Source: Kudoa neothunni (taxonomy: Eukaryota > Animalia > Cnidaria). Taken from it: DNA of 64,000 nucleotides. The notes under the pieces were generated by a model. It was not told the origin of the DNA. It made no database searches and saw only the letters and a list, made by a program, of their open reading frames with translations. A program made the translations under genes and the position numbers. This document shows positions 22,750 to 39,109 of the stretch, one piece after another (the stretch's first letter is position 1; each line of letters opens with the position of its first letter). The stretch covers positions 8,526,560 to 8,590,559 of the forward strand of contig OZ199839.1 in the NCBI GenBank assembly GCA_964304625.1, written 5' to 3'.

Positions 22750-25656
22750 ATGAAGATTTCACTCTACCAACTGGGTGTATTTTTGCTTCTTTTATGTAAC
22801 TAGGAATATTTATGAGAGATTAAACTGAATAAAGTATAGTCAAATGCACTTTTCAGAACTCACCTAGAGAAGGATCTCAAATTGAAGCTCAAACTCCTAC
22901 GAATGAACTCATCTATAAAATTGTAGAGGATAGTGATAATAAAGAAAAGAAAGTTCAACTTACGTTGAGCGGAAGTACATACAAAACCACGGATTACTGT
23001 CTGATTAAAAAGTCGAATGAAGGAGTTACTGGATATGATGATATAAGTCCTTGTCCTAAAACAGACCCAACAGATGTTCAAGATAAATGCGTTCGAAAAT
23101 GTTTTGAAGGGGGTAATATGTTGACATTTGACAAATTTTCCCCAAGAACGAAATATATTGTGGTTTTCAAAGATGATAACGCCTCTAAAGTCGCTTTAAA
23201 AAGTAACGAAGGAACTGTGTTTGGGCTCGAGTTACGTAATAAATGATTAATAAATATGTTTTAAAAAGAAATTTTTAGGATTACTAGCGAATCCAAAAGT
23301 GGTGGTTAGCACCACAGCTCAAAGTAAACTAAAATTTTGCACGACCTCCTTTCCACAAGTCAACTGTCCCGTATACTATAAAGAGGTCGAATATGCAGCT
23401 GGTACGGAAGTAGCAAGTTGCACTTCCCCGAGTGTCTTAAACGAAGTAGAATTTGATTTAATGATACCTCATTACGAAATGAAATGTGAAAATTATCCAA
23501 GTTTCTTTTATAAGCTCCAAAATACATACACTCTGTCGAAAATTGATGTTTATAAACCACAATATTATGTGGCTTATATTTCGGATAAAAAATCTAAATA
23601 CACTCTTAAATTCACCAATAAATTTCCCTTCGAAATCTGTCGCTTCAGTATCAGGGATGGCTCAACCCAAACTAGTATTGGGAGGACTACAAACGAATAT
23701 ATATCAAGATGTAGTGAGCAAGATAAACCTTGTTATGCACCTTGCAATGATGTAGAGCTTACTTTTACTGCGTCGAAGACAATTTTAGACGTGTTGATCC
23801 AAACAAGACATTTTTCACTAGAAAAAGGAACCAGTGATTATGAAGGTTATAAACAAACGAAATTCGGTAATAATTAAATACTTATAACTTTCATTACGAT
23901 GAGGTAGTTGTCAATTTGACCACTTCAAATAATGATAGATTATTACCTGCAATAACACATGATAATGTTTCCTTAAATGTGCGCCTCTTTAAGCCTGCGT
24001 CGGACCCTAAATTTACAAGTTGCACTGTAACCCATTTTCCTGCTGATAAACCACCGCCTACTACTAATGCAATACAACCAAAATGTGGAGCAGAAAAAAA
24101 GGATTGTGACACGGACTGTGATTCAGTTTTAGAAATAAAAGAACTTTCCAATGGAAAGCCATATATTCTTGTAATAACAGCTGGAAACGCCGCTGTGGGT
24201 GAAGTGCCAGCGAATTTCAAAGAACATATATTCATCAGAACAAGTATAATAATTAATAAAAAATTTAGCCTAACAAATATTTAGAAAACGCAGCAAGTTC
24301 AACTTTCTCTGCAATAACACCAACTACAGATGAGACAACAGCGACGATTGGAGCCCCCATTGGAGAAGGAACAATAGACAAAGATGCCCCTACATGTGCA
24401 TATTATATTAGCCCCCGCGGAAAGGATGTATATGTATGTGCAATGTGCGTTGGGAGTTATCCTTGTCGAGGTTTTTGCAAAGAAAATCAAAAAATAGTTG
24501 GATTAACTCCAGGCACTGAATATGATCTGAAAATAGTTGCTCACAAAGATTATGGATTCAAAGAATTTCAAATCACAACAAGTATAAAATATATGAATGA
24601 TAAATATGATTAGATTTGTAGCAAAGTCGAAGCTGAAACTTGAATCACAATTTACTGATAAAGGGTTTAAAGTGATGGGTTCGTTGTCGACTCCAGATCT
24701 CTTCGCCCTATGCAGTTATAAAGTGAAAGTTAAAAAGGGGAAAAATTTTAAGTTGATTCATGAATGTCCAGTTACCCTACCTCCATCAGTAGCAATTCAA
24801 AACACACCCCAAAGGAAACCAACGATTTCTAAAATTGAGGTTGCTAGATCGGTTGCTGGTCAAAAAGCTACATCCACCCCTTCTATTAACACCGCCACAT
24901 TAACCTCATGCAGTGAACTTCCAACTTGTTCGGAAATATTATTTACTAGTTTTTACGATCGTTCCAAAAAATACCAGATGTTGGTCACTGCCATCGGTGG
25001 TCGTTCAGAGGAAGTTACTATCGATATTACTGAAAGTAATTTTGTTTTGACTTTGCTTCTAATAGAATCTTTTTCAATAAATTTTAATATATTAGATAAT
25101 TTCCCGTCGAGTGAAGAAGCCAACAAAAAAATAATCATTAGCATAGAACGCGAAGAGAACAAGCTAAAGGTGACAGCTCTACTTCAGAACAATGCGCCTG
25201 AAAGTACATGTGGTTGGGAGTTACGTAACTCTTCCGAAGATGAGAAACGTTTGGTGAAGTCGTGTAATGGTGTCAACGACAGTGGTTGTGAAACCCTTCC
25301 ATTATGTAAAGGTTTTGAATCCCTAACATCGAAGATACTAACGATTATTATCTCACCGTTTATGTGAGCAGTGATTCATCGGTAATCGGACATGCAATAA
25401 TTAAACAAGGTAAACAAAGTAGTTACTTAGTAAGATAAAATATTTGTAGGGGAATCCCACGATACAATGAAATCAACGTAGATTTTGTACGTGTGTTAAT
25501 TTTTAATATTTATTTAGATCCAAAAATACTATGTATTAATAATAACATTGAATTATTTTTGACTTATTTTTACTTAGAATTATAGCTTCGGCAGTAGCAG
25601 GGGCCGTCGTCGTTGCTATTGGAATCGCAGTGATTGTTATGAAAAGAAAGAATTGA
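22750..25656 (+). CDS. Type-I membrane protein with ~7 cysteine-rich FN3-like repeats and a 4-aa cytoplasmic tail
   Basis: Signal peptide MKISLYQLGVFLLLLFKC; phase-1 domain exons; FN3 tyrosine-corner motifs GLTPGTEYDLKIVA, ELSNGKPYILVITA, KFSPRTKYIVVF; microexons 25450-25477 and 25518-25532; TM IIIASAVAGAVVVAIGIAVIVM then KRKN-TGA. One 1-nt frameshift near 25325. Confidence 0.8.
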
Positions 25657-27419
25657 AGACCAATCATTACATTATGATTAATTATTTTTTAGTTTTATAT
25701 CTTATTTTTACAATATTAAGTACTTCGTAGCATGTCTGATTTTCTTTAAAACGAAAGTTCTGATAATAAAGCTTGATGCTGTTATCCTCATTTTTCAAAA
25801 TATTTCTGTTCTTAAATAAATTAATATTTATGAAATAATTATAAAGAAAATTATTTTTCCTAAATTTATTCTTTGACATTATAAATTCGAAATAAAAAAT
25901 CTGAATTTAAATGTCATTTTCAATAATACTGAACTTTTTAATTTGATATATTACGCATTTTTTAGAATATGATTATTAAAAATTTTATTTACATTTTTCA
26001 ATTAAACTAATAAGAGAAATTGAAATTCTATTTTCGACATTTATATAAAGATACCTGTTCCTAATATATCTGTGCACCGATACTAGGATCTGAATAATTA
26101 GACTACAAAGACCACATCTGAAATTTATAGTTTTATAATTTATCGACGAAAATAAACATAACTAAATTTTATTATATTTGAAAAACAATTCTGAATTTAA
26201 TTCACATACAAATAACTAAAATATATCCATAATTCATGATAGATCATTAGATTTTAAATTAATACATTATAATTAAAATATTGGTACTTCTTCAATTTGA
26301 TAATTCCGTCAGAAATATGTTCATTAATATTCTTTGTAGTATATATTTAAATTTAATTCAATGTTTTGTTTACAAGACAACCTGCCTAAATAAAAATAAT
26401 AATTATTCAAAAACCGGCTAATTTTGCACAGGTGAAAACATTTTTTTATTTTATGGAACAAGTTCAAAATGTATTCCATTAAGAATCCTTAAATGAATCT
26501 CATTTGAAGAGAATTGTGGTTTCTAAAAGAAAAGATCAAAAATGGAACGATTTACTTGGTGGAATAAATAGGTAATGCGCCAACTAAACAAATTTGATTT
26601 CCTCATAAATTAGATACAAGAGAATTAGAAAATCGATTATCGAAGATAAAAATATTTGTAAATTAGTGTAGTTTACATCTATTATAATTGCCATAGTGAC
26701 AATTAACTACGCTAACATAAAATTAAAGCTAAGTAAGTCACGAAAATCGCTACCTATTATTTTATTCTTTAGACGGATATCACAAAAATTAACAATAACC
26801 TGTCTTAGATGTATTAGAAAATAAGATGTCAAATTTAATAATTTTTAATGGCAAATACGAAAATTTTAAAATCTATAAAATAACAAATAAGCTAAAAATC
26901 AGTTTTCAAATGTTTCTTGATAACAACCTCATGAAAGTCTGAATCAATAATCTCATTTGGAGGTTGAAATCCCGGCATGGGGGCGTTTCGTAGGGTCCAT
27001 TGAATTCTAGCGGTAGGTTCAATAATGGTGGATCTAAATTAGAATTGTAGAAGAAATTTCAAAACTCCTTAATAGCTACCACCAGGAATGATATCGAGCT
27101 CCTTAGACTTCCGATTTGTTCTTGTTTTAGACAACGACTCAATCAACATTAGATAAACGTGTGGGAAACGGCATCGCAATAATTTCATGGCCGAATCTCT
27201 CGCTCGAAGTCTTGCTTTAATGTGTTTGTCCATAGAGATGTGTTCCTGAGTTTTGGTTATTTCTAATTGTTTCCTTAACTCTTCATCCATTTCCATAGAT
27301 GAATACCAAAAGCAATTATTCCTTAAAAAGATTAAATACGACTACATATAAAAATATTCATTGTTTTTTTCTGAAATCTAACTCGACCTTTTTATTATCA
27401 AAACGAAAAATATTTACGA

Positions 27420-27480
27420 CTAGCGCAAAAGCCCCGCTTCGCGAAGGTTTCTTTGCCAGCCAAGTAGGATATCACCTGTC
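27420..27480 (-). mobile_element. Helitron 3' terminus
   Basis: Minus strand CCTACTTGGCTGGCAAAGAAACCTTCGCGAAGCGGGGCTTTTGCGCTAG|T closely matches 40873-40922. Confidence 0.7.
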
Positions 27481-28282
27481 GCTAACTAAACCCGTTTTGA
27501 TTTTTAAGTAGATAGCGCTGATACCCTGTAAATTTTATTTTTCTATTTTTATTTGTTTATTTTAAAGCTTGTCATTATTTTTGCAATGTGCTGATTTAGA
27601 TAAACTAAATTATGCCCGCACTTACTACTCAGATATAAATAGACGTATTGGGGGATATTATATAGTATTTCTAAGGTTATTTTACAAATTATTGACTAAA
27701 ATTATGATGATCTTATTTTTAAAAGAAATGTAATCAGCGATTAAAGTTCAGTTATTTATGAAACAAAATCATTAAGTAACTTAAATAGGACTTTCAGTTT
27801 TTTCAAAATCTTAAGATAAAAATTAATGCTTCTGATTATAAAATTTATTATTAATCTACAAACGATAAAAAAAATCAACTAAGATGCGTCAGAAACAAAA
27901 ATATTAATTGTTACTCCTTTTTTTCGCAATTTTATAATGATACCAATGATGTTTTAATAAGCTGTGAGCGGTAACTTACGTATTCACTATTGTAACAAAA
28001 TTTCCCCTTTTATTAATAAACCTAACCTTGCTTTTTATCAAGAATACTTATTGGTTCAAAAATATACACATTTAAGTAACAAAATACGATTAAGTAAAAA
28101 GTGTAAAGGTGTTTTTGGTTTGAAAAATTACGGCAATGCTTAAAAGTCACCTGATTTTCTCGAAGGAATGCACCCTTTTAATAATTAACGTACGGTTTGA
28201 TTGCCATACAAAAATCTCTTCGTATTAAACTATTCTTTGATTAATGAAAACATTGTGAAAATATCGATTAGATCGAATAAAC

Positions 28283-31777
<3,495 letters not shown>

Positions 31778-33678
31778 GCCTAATGTTTATATGAATCTTA
31801 CTGAAGTTGTATAAGAGTACGAAGATTTATAATAGTTTGATTTTATGTTATTAATTTATAAGAAAGTCTACGTTCTTACGACCCTTTGGGATATTTTTTA
31901 CTCCAGTTTTAATGGTGTAAATGTCGTAAATTTTTTCAACGATTTGTGAGGAGAAATTGAATTATTTTTCAAGGCGTTTAAATCCTTAGTAATCGATGAT
32001 ACCATAATATAAACTGATTAAGCTAATAACATTTCAATTAAAAAAAAATAAAATTTTTGTGCAAGGATGAAGTTATATCAATCAGTCGGAATATGGATAA
32101 TTTTTCATCAATATTTGAAAGGAATTTATGCTATTATGGAACCATTTTGGAGTTAATCGATTACAACTTATTGACAAGCCTCTGGAAACAAACATTATTC
32201 CAATCTGGACATAGCGAGGTTTTGTAGGACCGACGAAAAACCTCTCTGTAAAATGGATTCACGCAACACCCATGGCACGCGTACATCTTAAGTGAGAAAA
32301 GTATATTTTATTCGTTTATCCGCTCCCGAATAATGGAATCAAAATGTTTTGAGACATCTAAACGAACAATTTGTCTACACGAAAAAATTGGCTGCAAATC
32401 GAAATCAACTGTAACAATCCACACCTCTTGTATTAGCCCCAAAATATCAATATTCATAATTTAGAAAACTTGGATGTAAAACAAATATCCATTCTTCAAA
32501 ATATTTGGGGATATATAAGCATTATAAATATACTTTTAAATATCAAATATGATCTATTATTTTTTATGAAGATCTCAATTTTTCCGCCAATATTTGATAA
32601 CTATTAAAAGGATGATAATGATTCTGAAAAATGTTACCAACAATATTTATAAAATTTTGTATACTTTTGGATAGAAATCCTTCAAAAAAATTTAATTTCT
32701 ATTGACAAAAAACAACTGACTCTCATTAAGCGTTATTCTGTTTTTAGCCAAGAAACTAATAATTTATTCTATCAACCCCATATTATAATAAGGTTTTGAT
32801 TAATTTGAAAATAACTCAATACAAGTACATACTACGATTATCTTTAAACGATAGCCGTCCTTCGAGAAAATCAGGTGACTTTTAATCGTTGTTGAATATA
32901 TCCAAGATAAAACCACATGTATATCATCGATTAGATAAGAAGTTTTTAATTAACGTTGCATTAGTTTTTTGAACAGGGCAATTTTGGATTTATTAAGAAA
33001 ATAGATTGTATTTTCATAATAGCTTCAGAATCATACTAAATAACAAAACTATAATTCGCCCTTACAGGCGTTTGGATAAAATTCGATTAAGATCCTTCAT
33101 AAAATTATCCGAAAATATTGATATTTGGCGTAATTCTTTTATACGTCAAAAACTGCATTTATAAATCAATTTAATATCTTAAAATGTTGGTTCCTTTAGA
33201 AAAATAACCAAAAGTACCGATAATGATAACATTGTACGTAACTATATGATTTTGTTGAACTGATTTGGTTTAAATAGTTCTCCTTATTAATAGAAATACA
33301 CCCATTTCCAATAGTTTGTAAAATAAATTTCAAAATAATGGTTAAATTTTTTATATTATTATACTAAGATTTTGACATAAACCTGTTCATGATTAAATTA
33401 GTGAAATTGGTGAAAGTTCGAAAAATAATAACAAACTTGACGACAATGAAGCATGATAAATTGAAAAAATATCTTTATCAGGCAATGCTTTGATTTAGCG
33501 CTAGTAGGAAAATATTTGCTAGAACAGAAAAATGAATATAATTTTGATTAGTATATAAGACAATTATAGCGAAAGCGAACAAAAAATTAAACAAAATACC
33601 AACAAACTACCATAATAATGTACCTTTTAATGCACTCTAAATGTAAAATTAATATAGTTATAATTTTATGTGGCATCT

Positions 33679-36600
33679 TTAAGCTTTAATGTAAATATTT
33701 TCGCATTTGTTGTAAATTTCTCTCTTTTTAATTCTTTTGTACTTTAGTATTGCACCTCCAACAACCAAGCACATAATGGCTATGACATCGGCTGTAATTA
33801 TATATTTGAATTTATCTTTTATAGCGACATTATTTGATTGACCATTAACTGCACTATATTTCTGTGTGTCTGCTTCAAAATCATGGTTGGAATCGAGGGT
33901 TTCTTGTTCATGTTGATCAACATTTTAAGTTGTGTCTTCCACTTGTTTCGATAATTCATTATTCTTTAAAATAACGGAGAATTTATCGTCATCTTCGATG
34001 GCAGTTTTAATTCCTTCTTTGTATGAAGAAACATTAGTTGGGATAGTGACTTTGATTATTTCGTCGAATTCAGTTATTGTAAGGTCATCATTGTTGTTAG
34101 CAAGGAAATGTTCGATATTTGTAATAAGTTTGGTGAAGCTTTCGTCTAATGTAACCATTCCATTATTCTCAACGTTAATTGACGTAATATATTCTTTAAG
34201 AAGGCTATCGATTTGTTGCAACCAGGCGTTTGATTGAGTGTCTCGGTTTGAATATTTTTCTTTGAGTTGTATTTTCTCTTTTTCATAATGTATTTTTCCT
34301 CTGGTTTCAGTAGCAATAACAAGACTAAGTTGTGCGTCAAGTTCACCATTAATTTCATTTTTCTCCGTTACAAGCTTTTGATAGTTATCAAGCAGCTTAA
34401 TACCAACCTCCATTCCATCATCATTAGCTTTATTTTCTAATTCTTGATGTGCCTTGTTGTATTTATCTAATATCTCATCCTTTATCGCGTTAATATATAT
34501 TTTTGCCGTTTTACTAGATTCTTCAACTTCGAGTTTTTTTGAAGAAATTTTTTCTATATTTTGGTTATGTTGTGTAATCAATTTCTTTTGGAAACTAGTC
34601 AGTAATTCTTTCTTTGACTCAAGTTGTGTTCTTGCAGCATTCATTTTAATAACAATTTGTTTTAACGATTCAAGTCTTGGTAAATATCCCTTATTAGATT
34701 CTTTAAATTCAGTAATACGGGTCATTTCTCCATTGATTTTATCAATTTTTTGATCTACATCGTTTTCCAAATTTACGTCAATTTCATTTAATTTAGTCAG
34801 TCTACCTTGCATGGAATCAGTTGATGATTTCGATAGTTCATATTTTTTTATCAGTTCTGAGTTGAGGGTCAACAATTGGATGACTGCTGACTCGTTCGAG
34901 AAGGTTGAATCGCTGTTTACACGATTGTCATAAGTATCAGAAATAACTTCCATTTCTCTATAATTATTTTCATAGGTTTCTTGTACTTGATTATATTGGG
35001 TAAACAATTGATTATACTCGTTCTCTAGTTCATTCACTTTAGATTTGCCAGATTTAACAAATTTATCATGTTATTCTACAGCACTTTGTACGTTATTGAA
35101 TGTCTTTTCCACCGACAATTGGTCCTCAGTAAGTTTCTTCAACTCTTCATTTCTATTAATTGCTTTTATATCATTAATCAACTCCTTAGCACTGGTGACC
35201 GAGTTTGAATGATAAAGTTTTTCATCATTTTGTTTCTTTTGTTGTTATTTAATTACCCTTTTATATTCCTCAAATTTAACACCAAGTTCATTTCTCAATT
35301 GTGTGTATTTATATTGATCAAATTTTTGGACTGATTTCAAACCATGAGTGAGGGATTCAACCATACCTGAATGTGTTCTATCAATGTTACTAATTTTTGT
35401 TTTAGCAGCATTGACTTCAGAAGTTAGATTCACAATCTTTTCGTCAATTTCATTGACATTCGATTTTATGGAGACAACGGCTATTTCATAACCTTTAATT
35501 AAGGTATCAACCTTTGAAATATCATCGTCAAGTTTAAAGTCTTGATCTCGTTATCATACGAAGACTTAAATTCTTTATATGGGTTTTTAAGAAGCTTCGA
35601 TAATTCTTGTTTCGTTGTTTGAATATTAGCATAATCACTTGTAATTTTTGATTTCATTTGATCAATTTGATTTAAACCATCACGATTAGGGTTAATACTT
35701 TCTTTAACCTCATCAATTTTTGACCTCAATTCACCAACCTTAGCAGATAGTGAATTGATTTCTTCCGTGGATTTTCTGACTTGAGTCGAGTAAATAGTGG
35801 ACAGTTTTTCTCCATTGGTTTCAAGTGGCATGGATTTATGCCATGCTAAAAGTCTTTGGAAACTATCATTATTGGAAGTTACTTGGTCTAGTTTGACACC
35901 TGAGGAGTGTATATCTTTAGATATAATGGCCAATAAATCACCACTAAGGTGAGTTTCTTTATCAGTCAGGGTGAGCAATAAGCCTTGTTTCTTGGTGTCC
36001 ATATGTGATAATTCAGCAGATGGATTCTCAAGGTTAAGTTTGCTCATATGTTCTTCCTTTAATTTTTTCTCATATTCGGGAATGTGAATCGAAGATAATT
36101 TATTTAGGGCAGATTTCAGTTGTTTGAATTTTGAAGCTAAAGTCTCCTGTGTTGTAGACAACTGCTGGGGTTGGACTGAATTGAGTTGTGAACTGTAAAG
36201 GTTGATTTCTGAGACCCATATATTGATTGTCTCATTTGTCACCATTAAACGTCCTTGAAGGAATTCTTCGTTGTTCTTTAAAAAATAATATAAATCATGG
36301 TGCAATTGTTTGCGAACGAGCAAATTATCTTTGGTGTCCTTAGTCGACTGCTCTTCATCAATTTTAGATATGAATTCTGCCGCTTTTTGTTTTATCGGAG
36401 CTAATTCTTCAACAATAATAGGAATAATTCCTTTCAACTCTTGTTTGTTGTTAACAATCTTTTTTAATTTGACCTCATATGTATCAATCGAATAATTGTG
36501 TGCTTCAACTGACGCTAATTGTGTGCGTAGATCTCTGGTGTTTGTCATCAACGAACTCAAAAGATCCAAAGACAAATAACTTCTAGTTTGGCTTAATAAC

Positions 36601-37100
36601 TTTTCATATGTTGCGATCAAACTTTTTGCTTCTTTCACGTCTGTGCCAAGAAAAGCAGAAAAATTTGTGTTTATTATTGTACTTGCATCACTTGTAAAAT
36701 CTTTGATATATTTTTTATATGAATCGGAAGTATTCACAATATTTTGCAGTTCGGCTTTGAGTTCTATAAAATAAGATTCCAATTTAGCAAAAAATTTCTT
36801 TAATTTTCTCAAGAGGATATTATATACTTTTAGAATTAAAATATTCTATTATTGGTTTAGTTTCATCCAGGTTTGCGGTATATTTGGTAGTAAAATTAAT
36901 TATCTCCGGTTGCATTTGTAAAAATTTGCTCCTCTTTTCGTCGTACTTAGAGCTTTTCTGAATGTTTGCTTCACTAGCACCAGAAGTATCTTTTATCGTA
37001 ATAATGATTACGAAAACTAAAAAAATCAATCATCCAAGGAAAATAGCTATCCAATGTTACCAAGCAAATAGCTTATTGAGATATTTTTCATCGACATCAT
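33679..37100 (-). pseudogene. Disrupted gene for a ~1120-aa coiled-coil type-I membrane protein
   Basis: ATG 37100; one 44-nt intron (37017-37060) in the signal peptide; long E/K/Q/L heptad-rich body; C-terminal TM YIITADVIAIMCLVVGGAIL plus basic KYKRIKKR. In-frame TAA at 36820, 35245, 35071 and 33925; frameshifts near 36790-36830 and 35535. Confidence 0.75.
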
Positions 37101-37427
37101 GACTATTGCCAATTAGTGCTTATACTTGTGTCAAAATAGGTTATTATAACTACGATAACGATAGTCACCAAACTCTTCACAACGATCACAACTTCAATAT
37201 AATGAATATATGTGATTTATATCAAATAAATTGGTTCACATTCAAAAAATGTATAGGATTGACACCAATTGCATTTTCACTGAATAAACGAATAAATATT
37301 TAATAGCATACAAGTAATCGCGTAACAAAACTTTTAACAGCAATGAATACCGATATAAATCATCGTTTTAAATTTATTTTTTAAACATTTTGACCGTTAA
37401 TATGTGAAATACATACATACATACATA

Positions 37428-38968
37428 CAGTATTTCAAGATCTAAATGCAACTAGGTAAAACCAAAATGCAACATTTTTCTTTCGTTGGATATTTAAACT
37501 AATTATTGATAATCTCCATATTTATACACTTTGGGAAATATGATTCAGCATGATTTGAATAATTATTCAAATGATTAACAGAAACTTCCGCTGGGCTCTC
37601 CATAATAGCGGACATCAATTGTTCATGATTTTGAGGATATCTGTTTCTCACGATGGTTTTCATTTGGTGAAAAAACTCCTCAATAGGATTGAGGAAGGGG
37701 GAATAGGGCGGAAAAAACAACAGTTTGTGATTGCTTGACTCTACAAGCTCAGTTATGGTATTCGTTTTATGGAACCGAACATTATCCATTATGAGGAGAG
37801 CACGTTCGACCCCCTCGTTAGCTAGATCATCAAATAACTTGCTGATGAAATTATAAAATATATTTTGGTTAACGGATCCACTTTCCAAATGGAAAGTGGA
37901 TACCTTTTCAGCACTTATGGCAGCTATTAAGGTTATATTTTTTGAGCGTACGCTCTTTACTTTGAGATTCGCTCTTGTTCCAGAGAGTGACCGCCCAAAT
38001 GATCGCCGCATGGATAATGAAAATCCCGCTTCATCAATGAAAATCACTGACGAATACATGTGCTTATTTTGTGAATACTCAAGCACATAACTATTTGATG
38101 TAAATAAACATCAGAACTATAATAATAACTTTTTTCTCATTATTATGTTATTTGGCGAATTTCTAGCTAATGCGACGATCGAAATCCGTTTCGAGGTATA
38201 ATGAAAATCACATAAGCATTTACTTACAGTTTGTCTGGTTACTTCGATATTAAATTCGTCCAGAAGTTTTTTAGCGATTCTTTCCAAGGTATCGGTGCAA
38301 TCGTCATCCACTAGTTTACGAATATACTGTTTGTGAGATTCATCCAATTTCGATCTTCTGTCGCCACCCTTTTTTGCTGCTATCTCAGCCCCATTTTCTA
38401 AGCTTTTGCGTAATATTCTTCCAATGGTGGATTTATGAACGCCCGTTTTTTCGGCAATAAAACTGTTTGTATAATTTTCCTAATAAATGTAAACTAAGAA
38501 AGGCAACAAAATAATTGCTTTCGATAACGTGACAACAAGATTCCTAATTTCATCACTGAGAGTAATGTATTTTCTTTTAGGGAGGTTGTTGTTTTGTTGG
38601 TTATTGCCGAGTGCTGACATTTTAACTTAGCGTGCGCTGAATTTACAAAAATTAAAGTTAAATGTCATGCAATTTCCTATTTAATTGAGAATAATCTTCA
38701 GAATTCATCTTTAATTATAAATAGGAATCATTATTTAAATGATGGCATCGACGCATTAACGATAGCTTATAACTAGTTTGTAAGGCGAGCGTACTAATTC
38801 AACTTAAATTCTAATAGTTTATTTTATGAGATGTAACGTGTGATCGGCGCTTAAATGATATAATTATCAATTAAAATATGTTTTTTAGTTCCTGTGTGAA
38901 AATTATACGTCCACGCTTATGGGTTGCATTTTGATCTTACACAGTTGCATTTAGATCTTGAAATACTG
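37428..38968 (-). mobile_element. Apparently intact Tc1/mariner-IS630 superfamily element (DD34E), 1541 bp
   Basis: Perfect 26-bp TIR CAGTATTTCAAGATCTAAATGCAACT (imperfect out to ~46 bp); TA duplication at 37426-27 and 38969-70. Confidence 0.95.
37499..38620 (-). CDS. DD34E transposase, 347 aa; exons 38620-38519, 38479-38130, 38090-37499
   Basis: HTH (IAEKTGVHKSTIGRIL), KKGGDRRSKL linker, FIDEAGF, IMDNVRFH, PPYSPFLNPIEEFF (34 residues between D and E). Removing two 39-nt introns gives a 1044-nt uninterrupted frame. Confidence 0.9.
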
Positions 38969-39109
38969 TAAATAAATCGGGTTTATATTAATAATTTCCT
39001 AATGTGGTTTTAATATTATTTTATTATTTATCCTTTCCCAAAAATTGTTTAATTTTATTCATAGCTTTAATTTTTACGTATGAAAAATTCTCTACATCTA
39101 CTATGAATA

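Noticed and set aside
25310-25340. Programmed ribosomal frameshift in the FN3 gene
   Set aside because: No slippery heptamer or downstream structure; a one-base loss in an A run explains it.
22750-25656. RGD ligand motif in the FN3-like protein
   Set aside because: None found in the reconstructed sequence (closest are PRGK and IRDG), so a fibronectin-type ligand role is unsupported.
33932-36495. Plus-strand ORFs 33932, 34454 and 36310 (also 22860, 23894, 24953, 44415, 54479 on the minus strand)
   Set aside because: Antisense shadows of real coding sequence, with no independent protein features.
33679-37100. Genome-wide reassignment of TAA to an amino acid
   Set aside because: TAA is the evident terminator at 7560, 18368, 54775 and 60023, and I found no in-frame TAA in the exons I traced in intact genes.
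37499-38086. Bacterial IS630 or contaminant contig
   Set aside because: The transposase has spliceosomal-type introns of host size and lies among intron-rich animal genes.
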